A stretch of 33,857 bases of DNA from Streptosporangiaceae bacterium (GTDB taxonomy: Bacteria > Actinomycetota > Actinomycetes > Streptosporangiales > Streptosporangiaceae), in assembly GCA_049676235.1 (NCBI GenBank), contig JBAUAY010000389.1:1-33857 (forward strand), written 5' to 3'. The position numbers were made by a program, and so were the translations under genes. Shown here piece by piece: positions 16,832 through 25,800 of this stretch (its first letter is position 1; every line of letters begins with the position of its first letter). The notes under the pieces were generated by a model. It did no database searches and was not told where the DNA came from. It saw only the letters and a list, made by a program, of their open reading frames with translations.

Positions 16832-19800
16832 CCGAGATCCTCAGCGGCTTCCGGCTGACCCGGCTGGAACTGTACAACTGGGGCACGCTCGACCAGCGGG
16901 TCTGGTCGCTGGACGCGAACGCGCGGAACACGCTGCTGACCGGCGACATCGGGTCAGGGAAATCCACCATCGTGGACGCGGTCACCACGCTGCTGCTGCC
17001 GGCCAACCGGATTTCCTACAACAAGGCCGCGGGCGCGGACACCAGGGAGCGGTCGCTGCGCTCTTATGTGCTCGGCTATTTCAAGTCCGAGCGCAACGAG
17101 GTCACCGGGACCACGAAACCGGTCGCACTTCGCGATGGCACGAAGTACAGCGTGATCATCGGCGTATTCGGCAACGAGGGGTACGACGCCACCGTCACCA
17201 TCGCCCAGGTGTTCTGGCTGCGCGGCGCCGACGCCGGCGGTCAGCCGGACCGGTTCTACGTGACCACCGACAAGCCGTTGTCGGTGGCCGTGGATTTCGC
17301 CGACTTCGGCTCTGACCTGGTCGCGCTGCGCAGGCGGCTACGGGCGGGCGGCGCTCAGGTCTACGACAGCTTCCCAGATTATGGCAAGGATTTCCGACGC
17401 CGCCTGGGCATCGAGTCCGAACAGGCGATGGAACTGTTTCATCAGACCGTTTCGATGAAATCAGTGGGTAACCTCACCGACTTCGTCCGCGATCACATGC
17501 TGGAGCCCTTCGACGCCGCGAAATGGACCGCGAATATCGTGGCGCACTTCGAGGACCTCACTAAGGCGCACGAGGCGGTGCAGCGCGCCCGCTCCCAGCT
17601 CACCGCGCTCGGCCCGCTGCTCGCCGAATGTGACACACACGACAAGGTGGTCGCCGAGGTGGCGACGCTGACGGCACAGCGAACCGCGTTGAAGTACTAC
17701 TTCGCCGATCTCAAGGCCGGGCTCGTGGACCGGTTGATGGCCGGTCTTTCTGCCGAACGAACCAGCCTTCACGCTCAGCTAAGCGATTTCGCCACCCGGC
17801 TGAAAGATCTGCGGTCACGGGAACGCTCCCTCGATATCGAACTCGCCGGGCACGGAGGGAACCGGCTCGCCGAAATCGACCGCCTGCTCAAAGAGGGCGA
17901 GGCAGCGTGCCGTGACCGGATGGACCGCGCCGAGCGGTTCGGCCAGCTACTCGCCGAGGCTGGCCTGGATCCGGTCGAGACAGCAGACCACTTCGCCGCC
18001 CGCCGCCACCAGATCGCCGCTGCTCGCGACCGGGCCAGGCAGGATCTCATGGACGCGCAGAACAAGCTCACGGAGGTCGGCTACACGGCCAAGGAGCTCC
18101 GCGACAAGGCAGCCGAGATCAACGCCGAGCTCATCAGCCTGCGCGAGCACCCGAACAACATCCCTAAGCGTCAGCTGGACCTGCGCACCCGGATGTGCCG
18201 GGAGCTCGGGCTTGACACAGACGCACTGCCGTTTCCCGGGGAGCTGATCGCGGTGCGTCCCGAGGAGTCGGACTGGGAGGGCGCGGCGGAACGGCTGCTG
18301 CGCGGTTTCGCGCTGTCCGTGCTTGTCCCCGATCGGCACTACGCCGCGGTGTCCGACTGGATCGACGCCCACCACCTGAAGGCTCGGGTGGTCTACTACC
18401 GGGTCTCCGACCCCGCGCGGGAGGCCCGGATCCCGCCTGCTAGCTGGGCTCCCGGTGCCCTGGCCGCGAAGCTGAACATCAAGGACCACCCGTTCGCTCC
18501 GTGGCTAGAGCGCGAGCTGGCCAGGCGGGCCGACTTCGAGTGTGTCGAGACGATGTCTGAGTTCCGGCGGGCGGCCAAAGCGATCACCAAGGCCGGGCAG
18601 TTCAAGGGGGATCGCGGCAGGCACGAGAAGGACGACAGATCCCGCATCGACGACCGCAGCCAGTACGTGCTCGGCTGGTCTAACGAGCGCAAGCTCGAGG
18701 CCCTGATCCGGCAGGCCACATCGCTGGCAGCTCAGCTCGGCGCGGTCACCGACGAGCAGGCAGCCTACGAAAAGGCGCGCGACGCCGCGATCGACTGCGG
18801 TCAGGTGCTGGCCGGCCTGGCCCAGACCCACGAGTTCGCCGACCTCGACTGGCAGTCCGTCGTCAACCGCACCGAGGAGCTCAAGGCAGAAAAGCGCCAG
18901 CTCGAGGCGGCGTCGGCCGAGCTAGCGCGGCTAAGTGGTGAGCTGAAAACGGTCCGGGAGCAGATCGGTATCGCCGAAGGCGCCCACGGCGAGGTGCAGA
19001 AGCAGCTCGGCGGCGTGGGCGGCCGGATCGAACGCGCGGAGGCCGACCTAGCCGAGGCCAGCGCGACGCTGGCCGAGCCGGGCTGCGAGTCGGCCCGCAC
19101 GCACTTCGCCACGATCGCCGGCCTGCTCAAGCGGTTCGAGCAGGCTCCGCCGGACACCCCCGTCGCCTGCGGCAAAGCCGAGATGGCAGCGAGCGCGGAG
19201 ATCAGCGTGGTCATAGACCGCAGGACCCAGCGTCGCAGCGCCCTCGGCAACAAGATCGTCTCCCTGATGGGGTCGTTCCGCAGCCAGTATCCGGTCGAGA
19301 CCGAGGAGCTTGACGCGGCAGTGGAAGCGGCGGACGGGTACCGGGAGCTGAACCAGCGGCTGACCGATGACGACCTGCCCCGGTTCCAGCAGCAGTTCAA
19401 GACGTACCTGAACCAGAACACCATCCGCGACATCGCCGGCTTCCAGTCCCGGCTGAACAAACAGGCCGACGTGATCAGGGGTCGCATCGCCACCATCAAT
19501 GAATCGCTGGTCGGCGTCGACTACAACCCCGGCAGGTACATCAAGCTCGAGGCACAGCCAACCCCGCATACCGATGTCCGCGAGTTCCGCGCCGACCTGC
19601 GCGCCTGCACCGAGGGCGCGGTGTCGGCGGAGGCCTCTGACCAGTACTCGGAACAGAAGTTCCTGCAGGTCAGCAGGATCATCGAGCGCTTCAGGGGCCG
19701 CGAGGGCCAGACCGACGCGGACCGGAAATGGACCCGGTTCGTTACCGACGTGCGGAACTGGTTCATGTTCAGCGCGTCCGAGCGGTACCGAGAGGACGAC

Positions 19801-20244
19801 ACCGAGTACGAGCATTACGCCGATTCGGCGGGCAAGTCCGGCGGGCAGAAAGAGAAGCTGGCTTACACGATTCTCGCCGCATCGCTGGCTTACCAGTTCA
19901 AGTTGGAGTGGGGGGCGACGAAGTCGCGGACATTCCGGTTCGCGGTCATCGACGAGGCGTTCGGCCGGGGCTCAGACGAGTCGACCAGGTTCGCGCTCGA
20001 GCTGTTCGCTCGGCTTGGCCTGCAGCTCCTGATCGTCACCCCACTGCAGAAGATCCACGTCATCGAGCCGTACGTGTCGGCGGTCGGCTTCGTAGATAAC
20101 CCGACGAGCTGCTACTCCCGGCTGCAGACGCTGACGATCGAGGAGTACCACGCGCGGCGGCTCGCGCACGTGATCGGCCAGCAAGCGACCGCTAGCAGCG
20201 CCCAGGTCATCCCGATGCCAGCCGCTGCCACCGCCGGGAACTGA
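16828..20244 (+). CDS. jetC: Wadjet JetC (SMC-like ABC ATPase; MksB-like)
   Basis: ATG 16828 (MTEILSGFRLTRLELYNWGTL). It has a Walker A motif (GDIGSGKST), a long coiled-coil middle, a signature/Q-loop-type GGQKEKLAYTILAASLAYQF and a Walker B motif (FAVIDEAFGRGSD). It is about 1138 aa. Confidence 0.92.
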   Translation: MTEILSGFRLTRLELYNWGTLDQRVWSLDANARNTLLTGDIGSGKSTIVDAVTTLLLPANRISYNKAAGADTRERSLRSYVLGYFKSERNEVTGTTKPVALRDGTKYSVIIGVFGNEGYDATVTIAQVFWLRGADAGGQPDRFYVTTDKPLSVAVDFADFGSDLVALRRRLRAGGAQVYDSFPDYGKDFRRRLGIESEQAMELFHQTVSMKSVGNLTDFVRDHMLEPFDAAKWTANIVAHFEDLTKAHEAVQRARSQLTALGPLLAECDTHDKVVAEVATLTAQRTALKYYFADLKAGLVDRLMAGLSAERTSLHAQLSDFATRLKDLRSRERSLDIELAGHGGNRLAEIDRLLKEGEAACRDRMDRAERFGQLLAEAGLDPVETADHFAARRHQIAAARDRARQDLMDAQNKLTEVGYTAKELRDKAAEINAELISLREHPNNIPKRQLDLRTRMCRELGLDTDALPFPGELIAVRPEESDWEGAAERLLRGFALSVLVPDRHYAAVSDWIDAHHLKARVVYYRVSDPAREARIPPASWAPGALAAKLNIKDHPFAPWLERELARRADFECVETMSEFRRAAKAITKAGQFKGDRGRHEKDDRSRIDDRSQYVLGWSNERKLEALIRQATSLAAQLGAVTDEQAAYEKARDAAIDCGQVLAGLAQTHEFADLDWQSVVNRTEELKAEKRQLEAASAELARLSGELKTVREQIGIAEGAHGEVQKQLGGVGGRIERAEADLAEASATLAEPGCESARTHFATIAGLLKRFEQAPPDTPVACGKAEMAASAEISVVIDRRTQRRSALGNKIVSLMGSFRSQYPVETEELDAAVEAADGYRELNQRLTDDDLPRFQQQFKTYLNQNTIRDIAGFQSRLNKQADVIRGRIATINESLVGVDYNPGRYIKLEAQPTPHTDVREFRADLRACTEGAVSAEASDQYSEQKFLQVSRIIERFRGREGQTDADRKWTRFVTDVRNWFMFSASERYREDDTEYEHYADSAGKSGGQKEKLAYTILAASLAYQFKLEWGATKSRTFRFAVIDEAFGRGSDESTRFALELFARLGLQLLIVTPLQKIHVIEPYVSAVGFVDNPTSCYSRLQTLTIEEYHARRLAHVIGQQATASSAQVIPMPAAATAGN

Positions 20245-20245
20245 C

Positions 20246-21487
20246 ATGCCTCGTCAGTGGACCCGTCCCGCCGACGTACGCGCCTGGCTGGCCAGGAAAT
20301 GGCAGTCCGGCGCCTTGCTCGCCGCGTTCGCCGAGGGAAGGGATTGGGAACCGCTGGGTGTCCCGCTGCACGGCCCCACGGCCGGGGAGATCGCGGAGCG
20401 GCTCGCCGAGGTGCAGGTGTGGGCGGCCGAGTGGGGCCGGGCCGGCGCAGGCCCGCTGCGCGTGGAGTACAAGACGGTTGGCGGTCGCCAGGTGGGCGCC
20501 AACATGATTCCCTGCCGGGCCTGGATCGACGGCTATGACAGCGCGTGGGACCTGCTCGGCGCGCGCGCGGAAGTACGCAGCTTCAGTTCCCTGGCTCACG
20601 CAACGGCGGAGACCTGTCCCCGGCTCGTCCCATGGCTGACGCGCCGCCCGGTGCAGTTGCTCCGGCTGGCGGACCGTTGGGACAAACTGCTGGCCACCGT
20701 CCGGTGGATCGACGAGCAGCAGTCGCCAGGAATGTACCTGCGGCAGGTCGACGTGCCCGGCGTGGACACCAAGTTCATCGAGCACCACCGCGGTGTGCTC
20801 GGTGAACTGCTCGACCTGCAACTTGCCCCGCACCGGATCGACGCCGACGCGACCGACTTCGCCGGGCGGTACCGGTTCCGCCGCAAGCCGGGCTACGTGC
20901 GGTTCCGCGCGCCGGGTTTCTGCGGCTTCAGCGAGCTTTCCGTGCGCGCCGGCGAGTTCGCCGCGCCGCCACCCGGTACTAGATGGGCATACGTGGTCGA
21001 GAACGAGATCACCTACCTGGCCTTCCCGCTGCCCAGTGGCGCCATCGTCATCTTCGGCGGGGGATACGCCGTCGACGTGCTCGAGCCGCTCGGCTGGCTG
21101 ACGAACCTGGACCTCATCTACTGGGGTGACATCGATACCCACGGGTTCGCGATCCTGAACCGGCTACGGCACCGGTTCAGCCACGCGCGGTCGATGCTGA
21201 TGGACCGCGCGACGTTGCTCGCGCACCGAGACCAGTGGGTGACCGAGCCGCGGCCCGCGGTCGCCCGCCTGGACCTTCTGGACGCCGAGGAAGCGGAGCT
21301 TCACCGCGATCTCGCCGACGGCACACTGGGGCCCTCGGTGCGGCTGGAGCAGGAACGAATCCGCTTCGCCGCTATCGAGCGAGCCGTCGCCTGCCAGCCA
21401 ACCGCCTGCCAGCCAACCGCCTGCCAGCCAACCGCCTGCCAGCCAGCCGCCTGCCCGGCCAGTCCACCGGCTGGCCGGCCCAGCTGA
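20246..21487 (+). CDS. jetD: Wadjet JetD (DUF3322 plus DUF2220 Toprim nuclease; MksG-like) with a repeat tail
   Basis: Starts 1 nt after the jetC stop. The C-terminal Toprim-like motifs read YVVENEITYLAFP and LIYWGDIDTHGFAILNRLR. The last 30 aa or so are ACQPT pentapeptide repeats. Confidence 0.9.
   Translation: MPRQWTRPADVRAWLARKWQSGALLAAFAEGRDWEPLGVPLHGPTAGEIAERLAEVQVWAAEWGRAGAGPLRVEYKTVGGRQVGANMIPCRAWIDGYDSAWDLLGARAEVRSFSSLAHATAETCPRLVPWLTRRPVQLLRLADRWDKLLATVRWIDEQQSPGMYLRQVDVPGVDTKFIEHHRGVLGELLDLQLAPHRIDADATDFAGRYRFRRKPGYVRFRAPGFCGFSELSVRAGEFAAPPPGTRWAYVVENEITYLAFPLPSGAIVIFGGGYAVDVLEPLGWLTNLDLIYWGDIDTHGFAILNRLRHRFSHARSMLMDRATLLAHRDQWVTEPRPAVARLDLLDAEEAELHRDLADGTLGPSVRLEQERIRFAAIERAVACQPTACQPTACQPTACQPAACPASPPAGRPS
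21389..21463 (+). repeat. 15-bp tandem repeat GCCTGCCAGCCAACC, 4 good copies plus 1 degenerate copy, inside the jetD 3' end
   Basis: Read directly. Units lie at 21389, 21404, 21419 and 21434 (the fourth ends AGCC), with a degenerate unit at 21449. The repeat is in frame (5 codons) and encodes ACQPT ACQPT ACQPT ACQPA ACPAS. Confidence 0.9.
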
Positions 21488-21517
21488 CAATTCGGGGCGC
21501 TCGCGCTTCTCCGCGCC

Positions 21518-22792
21518 CTAGAGATCTGCGACGGCCCGGGCCGGATCGGTTTCCGGCGGGCCGCCGGGTTCCCAGTCCTGGCCCGATCGCGCGTACGGAT
21601 ACCAGCGCAGATCCCGGCCGAGACGCAACTGCAGGTGGCCTGCGGTGATCCGGTTGCCCTTGATGGTCTCCGCGACATCAGTCTTGGCGCGCAGCACGGC
21701 CCGGGCCGTCTTCAGCAGCTCGGTGGCATCCGGATCTTCGGTGACCGGATCCCACTCCATGCGCAGTAGTTCCAGGCCGGCCAGGCCGCCGTGCCGCCAG
21801 GCCAGCGCCTGGCGAGCGAGGTCACGTTCACGAATCCCGGAGCGCGCCGCGAGTGCCGTAAACGCCGGCGTGCCCAGGGCCCGGGCAGCGCGGCGGGCAA
21901 GGTCGGCGTCCGGGTCGAGGCTCAGCCAGGCGTCGGCGGACAGGCCGACCGCCATTTCCCAGGCCCGGCTGGCCGCATCCGCGGCTAGCTCCAGCAGGTC
22001 CTCGCGGAGGCCAGAACGCCACGGCGGCGGATCCACCGGTAGTGCGGCGGGGCTTCCAGGCCGCTGGGGCGGCAACGGCACGGCGGGTACCGGCGCCAAC
22101 GATGAGGGCGCGCCGAACGCCGTCCGGGCGTCGACACCCTGGTCGGTGACCGACTGGCCGGCCACCGACGGCACCCCGGTACCGGCCGGGCCGGGCGCTG
22201 TCACTCCCGGCCCGGCCACTTGGCCGGGTGCCGCGCCGCGACGGCGCGCCCGGATCCCGGCCAGCACCTGATCGCGGGTCCGGCCGCGCAGCAGGAACAG
22301 GACGAAGGGATCAGCGTCCAACGTATCGGCGAGCAGGTAACAGGCCGCCGCCGAATGCTTGCACGGATCCGCGTCGTCTGGGCAGCTGCAGCGCGGTCCT
22401 ACCTCGCCGCCACCGGGAAGCAGGTCAAGGCCCGCGCTGGCCGCGTCCTCGGCGATCTCGGGCGGCAGTTCGCCATCAAGCAGCGCTGCCGCGTGGCCGA
22501 GGCGGGCAGAGATGGCGGCGAGCACTCGATCCCATTCGTCATCGGTGAACCGCCGGACCCGGATCCTGACCTCATACGGCTGGGTCTTCCGTCCCCGTAC
22601 CCGGGCCCGTGCCTCGCCCGGCGCCAGCGTCAGGTCGCCGACCGCTCCGGAGCGTGCGTAGTCCCGGCCGCGGGGCAGCCGGTCCGGGTCCAGCCGGGCT
22701 CGCTGCTCCAGCGCCTCTAGCCAGGCCCGCCCCCACCAGGTGCGGCCGAATTCCGGCTGCTCAACGCCTATCCCGGCCGTATTGTCGCTCAT
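21518..22792 (-). CDS. SWIM zinc-finger domain protein (partner of the SNF2 helicase)
   Basis: The real start is ATG 22792 (MSDNTAGIGVEQPEFGRTWWGRAWLEALE), which overlaps the helicase stop as ATGA. The SWIM motif is CSCPDDADPCKH. The longer track ORF (to 23704) is an out-of-frame extension through the helicase gene. Confidence 0.85.
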   Translation of the reverse strand: MSDNTAGIGVEQPEFGRTWWGRAWLEALEQRARLDPDRLPRGRDYARSGAVGDLTLAPGEARARVRGRKTQPYEVRIRVRRFTDDEWDRVLAAISARLGHAAALLDGELPPEIAEDAASAGLDLLPGGGEVGPRCSCPDDADPCKHSAAACYLLADTLDADPFVLFLLRGRTRDQVLAGIRARRRGAAPGQVAGPGVTAPGPAGTGVPSVAGQSVTDQGVDARTAFGAPSSLAPVPAVPLPPQRPGSPAALPVDPPPWRSGLREDLLELAADAASRAWEMAVGLSADAWLSLDPDADLARRAARALGTPAFTALAARSGIRERDLARQALAWRHGGLAGLELLRMEWDPVTEDPDATELLKTARAVLRAKTDVAETIKGNRITAGHLQLRLGRDLRWYPYARSGQDWEPGGPPETDPARAVADL

Positions 22793-25635
22793 GTCGCGGC
22801 TCGCAGGCTGACGAGTTCGGTGAGCTCGGCGTCGGACAGTTCGGCGATCCACCGCTCGCCCGAGCCGATCACCGCGTCGGCGAGATCGCGTTTGGTCTCC
22901 AGTAGGGCGGCGATGCGGTCCTCGAGCGTCCCCTCGGCGATGAGCCGGTGCACCTGCACGGGCCGATCCTGGCCGATCCGGTATGCCCGGTCGGTCGCCT
23001 GATCCTCCACCGCCGGGTTCCACCAGCGGTCGTAGTGCAGCACGTGAGTGGCCCGGGTCAGTGTCAGGCCGGTGCCGCCCGCCTTCAGCGACAGCAGGAA
23101 CACCGGTACTTCGCCGGCCTGGAACCGGGTCACCATCTCCTCCCGGCGCGGCACCGGAACCCCGCCGTGCAGGAACAGCGAGCCGATTCCCCGTGCGTCG
23201 AGGTGCTGCTGCAGGATCGTCGCCATCTGCGTGTACTGGGTGAAGACGAGCATCGATTCGCCGCCGGCCAGTATCACGTCGGTCAGTTCGTCGAACGCGG
23301 TCAGCTTCCCCGACCGGTCGGCCAGCGGCCCCGGCTGCTTGAGGTACTGGGCCGGATGATTGCAGATCTGCTTCAGCGCGGTGAGCAACTTGAACACCAG
23401 ACCGGCCCGCTCGATGCCCTGCCTGGTGGCGATCGCCTCCATCGTCTCGCGGACCATCGCCTCGTACAGCGTGACCTGCTCGGCGGTCAGCGGGACGAAC
23501 AGGTCCGTCTCGGTCTTGCGCGGCAGTTCCGGCGCGATGCCGGGATCGGTCTTCCGACGCCGCAGCAGGAACGGGCGGATGAGGGCGGCGAACCTGGCCG
23601 TCGCCTCGGCGTCGCGGTATCGCTCGACCGGCACGGCCACCCGCCGCGTGAACGCCTCCAGGTGCCCGAGCAGCCCGGGCGTCGTCCAATCGAGGATCGC
23701 CCACAGGTCCGACAGCCGGTTCTCCACCGGCGTTCCGGTCAGCGCGATCCTGGCGGGTGCGGGCACGGCCCGCAGTTCCCGCGCGGTCCGCGACAGAGGG
23801 TTCTTCGCATGCTGAGCCTCGTCGGCGACGACCAGCCCCCAGCCGACCTCCGCGAGCCGCGCCGAGTCGCGCAGCACCACGCCGTAGGTAGCCAGGACGA
23901 TCTCATCGACGGCCAGGTCCTGCAGATGCCGTCCGCCTCCGTGGTACCGACGAACTGGGACATCCGGAGCGAACCGGCGTATCTCGTGCTCCCAGGTGCC
24001 CAGCAGCGACGCCGGGCACACCACAAGCGTGGGACCCGCCTTGGTGTCCCGCCGGTGCAGGTGCAGCGCGATCACCTGGATCGTCTTGCCCAGCCCCATA
24101 TCGTCGGCCAGGCAGCCGCCGAGCCCGGCGTCGCACATCCCGGCCAGCCAGGCCAGGCCCCGCTGCTGATACGGCCGGAGCGTCGCCGTGAGCCCCAGCG
24201 GCGGCTCGACAGGCGCCGGGGCGGACGCAATGCCCGCGACCCGGGCGGCCAGGTCGGAGAGCGGGCCTTCCGCGACCACCGTGACCGTTTCGCCGTCGAT
24301 CTCAGTCGAGCCCGCGAGCACGGCACCGAGGGCCTCGGACGTCCGCATCCGCGTCCGCGGCGCGCGGCGCAGCTTGTCGAGTATCGCCGGATCGAGGATG
24401 ACCCAGCGGCCGCGCAGCCTGATAAGCGGCCGTTTCGCCTCAGCCAGGGCCGCGATCTCGTCAGCGTCGAGCAACGCGCCGTCCAGCGTGAGCTGCCAAC
24501 GGAAATCAAGCAGCGCGTCTAGGCCGAACCCCGCGTCCGTCAGCTTGTCCGGCGCTGGTGTGACGAGCGCCCGCAGTTTGATGCCGTCACCGAGCATGCT
24601 CGACGGCCACAGCACCTCGATGCCAGCGCCCGCCAGCTCTTCGGCGGCCGGGCCAAGCAGGCTGGTGAGCGCGTCGTCGTCGAGGTCGATGACCGACGGG
24701 CTGGCCTGCCACAGCACCTCAGCCAGCGGCGACCATACCGCCGCGCCGCGCCGCAGCGCCAGCAGCAGGTCCGTCTCAGCCTGCGAGCCGAACCTGGCGA
24801 GCACCGTTTCCGGCTGGCTCCACAGAGCGGCGGCGTCGACGATCAGGCTCGGATCGGCGTTGCTGCGCAGCTGCAACACCAGGCGGAATGGTGGCGGGGA
24901 CCCTTCGGACCCTTCGGACCCTTCAAGCCTTTCCGCCGGATCCGCCACCGCCGCGACGGGGTCGTCTTCCGCTGCGGCCACTGCTGAGGCCGGGACAGCC
25001 TCGATCCGCAGGCCGAGACGGGCCCCGGCGGACAGGCCGTCCGTGGTGTCGGCGAGCCACTCCGCGAGATCGCCGACCTGGGTCGGCTCAGCCGAGGCGA
25101 ACGCCGCCGACGTGGTCGTGCGCGGTGCGGCGGGCGAGCGTGCGATTGTGTCGGCGATCGCGTCCCACAGGTCGCGGATCAGCGCATCCGGAGAGCGGAG
25201 CCGCATCGGGCGCGAGCCGGGAACCGCAAGGGCGTGCGCGGTGGGCGGGAACACGGTGGCAAGTTCACGCAGCCAGCTGAGGTCCGCCGGATCGAGCGGC
25301 CCGGCCCGCCAGACGTCCGTGTCATCGGCGCCGGCGGTCGGCAAGAGCCGGCCGCGGGCAACTAGGCCCACGCCCGCGGCAGCGGCCGCCGCCCAGACCC
25401 GGGCGCTGCGCCGCATCGGCCGCCCGGCCTGCTCATCGGGACCGATGGCGAGCAAGGCCGGAAGAGCCTCGGCGAGCGGGATGAGATCAGCCGAGACCAG
25501 GCGCTTGCGTATGCCGTATGTCCCGCCGGGGAAGACCAGCTCCAGCTTGGCGGATCCCGAGCCCTTGCCCCAGAGCGCGAACACGCCTCGCCGGGGAATC
25601 TCGCTCGGCACGAAGACCAGTTCGCCGTCCAGCAC
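22789..25635 (-). CDS. SNF2-family DEAD/DEAH-box helicase (HelZ-like)
   Basis: 948 aa with a GTG start. It has an SNF2-associated region (RWQLTLDGALLDADEIAALAEAKRPLIRLRGRWVILD), motif I (DDMGLGKT), motif II (VVADEAQHAKN) and C-terminal helicase motifs (LSLKAGGTGLTLTRATHVLHYDRWWNPAVEDQATDRAYRIGQ). Confidence 0.92.
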   Translation of the reverse strand: MLDGELVFVPSEIPRRGVFALWGKGSGSAKLELVFPGGTYGIRKRLVSADLIPLAEALPALLAIGPDEQAGRPMRRSARVWAAAAAAGVGLVARGRLLPTAGADDTDVWRAGPLDPADLSWLRELATVFPPTAHALAVPGSRPMRLRSPDALIRDLWDAIADTIARSPAAPRTTTSAAFASAEPTQVGDLAEWLADTTDGLSAGARLGLRIEAVPASAVAAAEDDPVAAVADPAERLEGSEGSEGSPPPFRLVLQLRSNADPSLIVDAAALWSQPETVLARFGSQAETDLLLALRRGAAVWSPLAEVLWQASPSVIDLDDDALTSLLGPAAEELAGAGIEVLWPSSMLGDGIKLRALVTPAPDKLTDAGFGLDALLDFRWQLTLDGALLDADEIAALAEAKRPLIRLRGRWVILDPAILDKLRRAPRTRMRTSEALGAVLAGSTEIDGETVTVVAEGPLSDLAARVAGIASAPAPVEPPLGLTATLRPYQQRGLAWLAGMCDAGLGGCLADDMGLGKTIQVIALHLHRRDTKAGPTLVVCPASLLGTWEHEIRRFAPDVPVRRYHGGGRHLQDLAVDEIVLATYGVVLRDSARLAEVGWGLVVADEAQHAKNPLSRTARELRAVPAPARIALTGTPVENRLSDLWAILDWTTPGLLGHLEAFTRRVAVPVERYRDAEATARFAALIRPFLLRRRKTDPGIAPELPRKTETDLFVPLTAEQVTLYEAMVRETMEAIATRQGIERAGLVFKLLTALKQICNHPAQYLKQPGPLADRSGKLTAFDELTDVILAGGESMLVFTQYTQMATILQQHLDARGIGSLFLHGGVPVPRREEMVTRFQAGEVPVFLLSLKAGGTGLTLTRATHVLHYDRWWNPAVEDQATDRAYRIGQDRPVQVHRLIAEGTLEDRIAALLETKRDLADAVIGSGERWIAELSDAELTELVSLRAAT
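24898..24927 (-). repeat. 9-bp in-frame tandem repeat (3 units) encoding EGS-EGS-EGS in the helicase N-terminal region
   Basis: On the + strand, GGA is followed by CCCTTCGGA, CCCTTCGGA and CCCTTCAAG. The protein reads LEGSEGSEGSPPP. Confidence 0.7.
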
Positions 25636-25800
25636 GGCACCGTACGATACCGGTTCTCCGGCCAGGCCGTCCGGAACTTCCGGTGGGTCCAGTTGATTAG
25701 GAATGACCGGCCGGCCTGGTCTCGCAGATCTTCTTGTTGACCCCTACGATCTGCTGATGGGGGCGACCTCGTACCGTGACCGCAGGCCAGGCAGGGCCGA

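Noticed and set aside
21494-21518. Hairpin GGGCGC-(12 nt)-GCGCCC in the 30-bp gap between the convergent jetD and SWIM stops, considered as a bidirectional terminator.
   Set aside because: It has only a 6-bp stem with a 12-nt loop and no T-tract, and the right arm overlaps the SWIM stop codon. That is too weak to call.
22793-23704. N-terminal 304-codon extension of the SWIM ORF (the track gives 21518-23704).
   Set aside because: The extension overlaps the SNF2 helicase C-terminal motifs in another frame and is low-complexity Arg/Gly/Pro. ATG 22792 gives a family-typical N-terminus and an ATGA overlap with the helicase stop.
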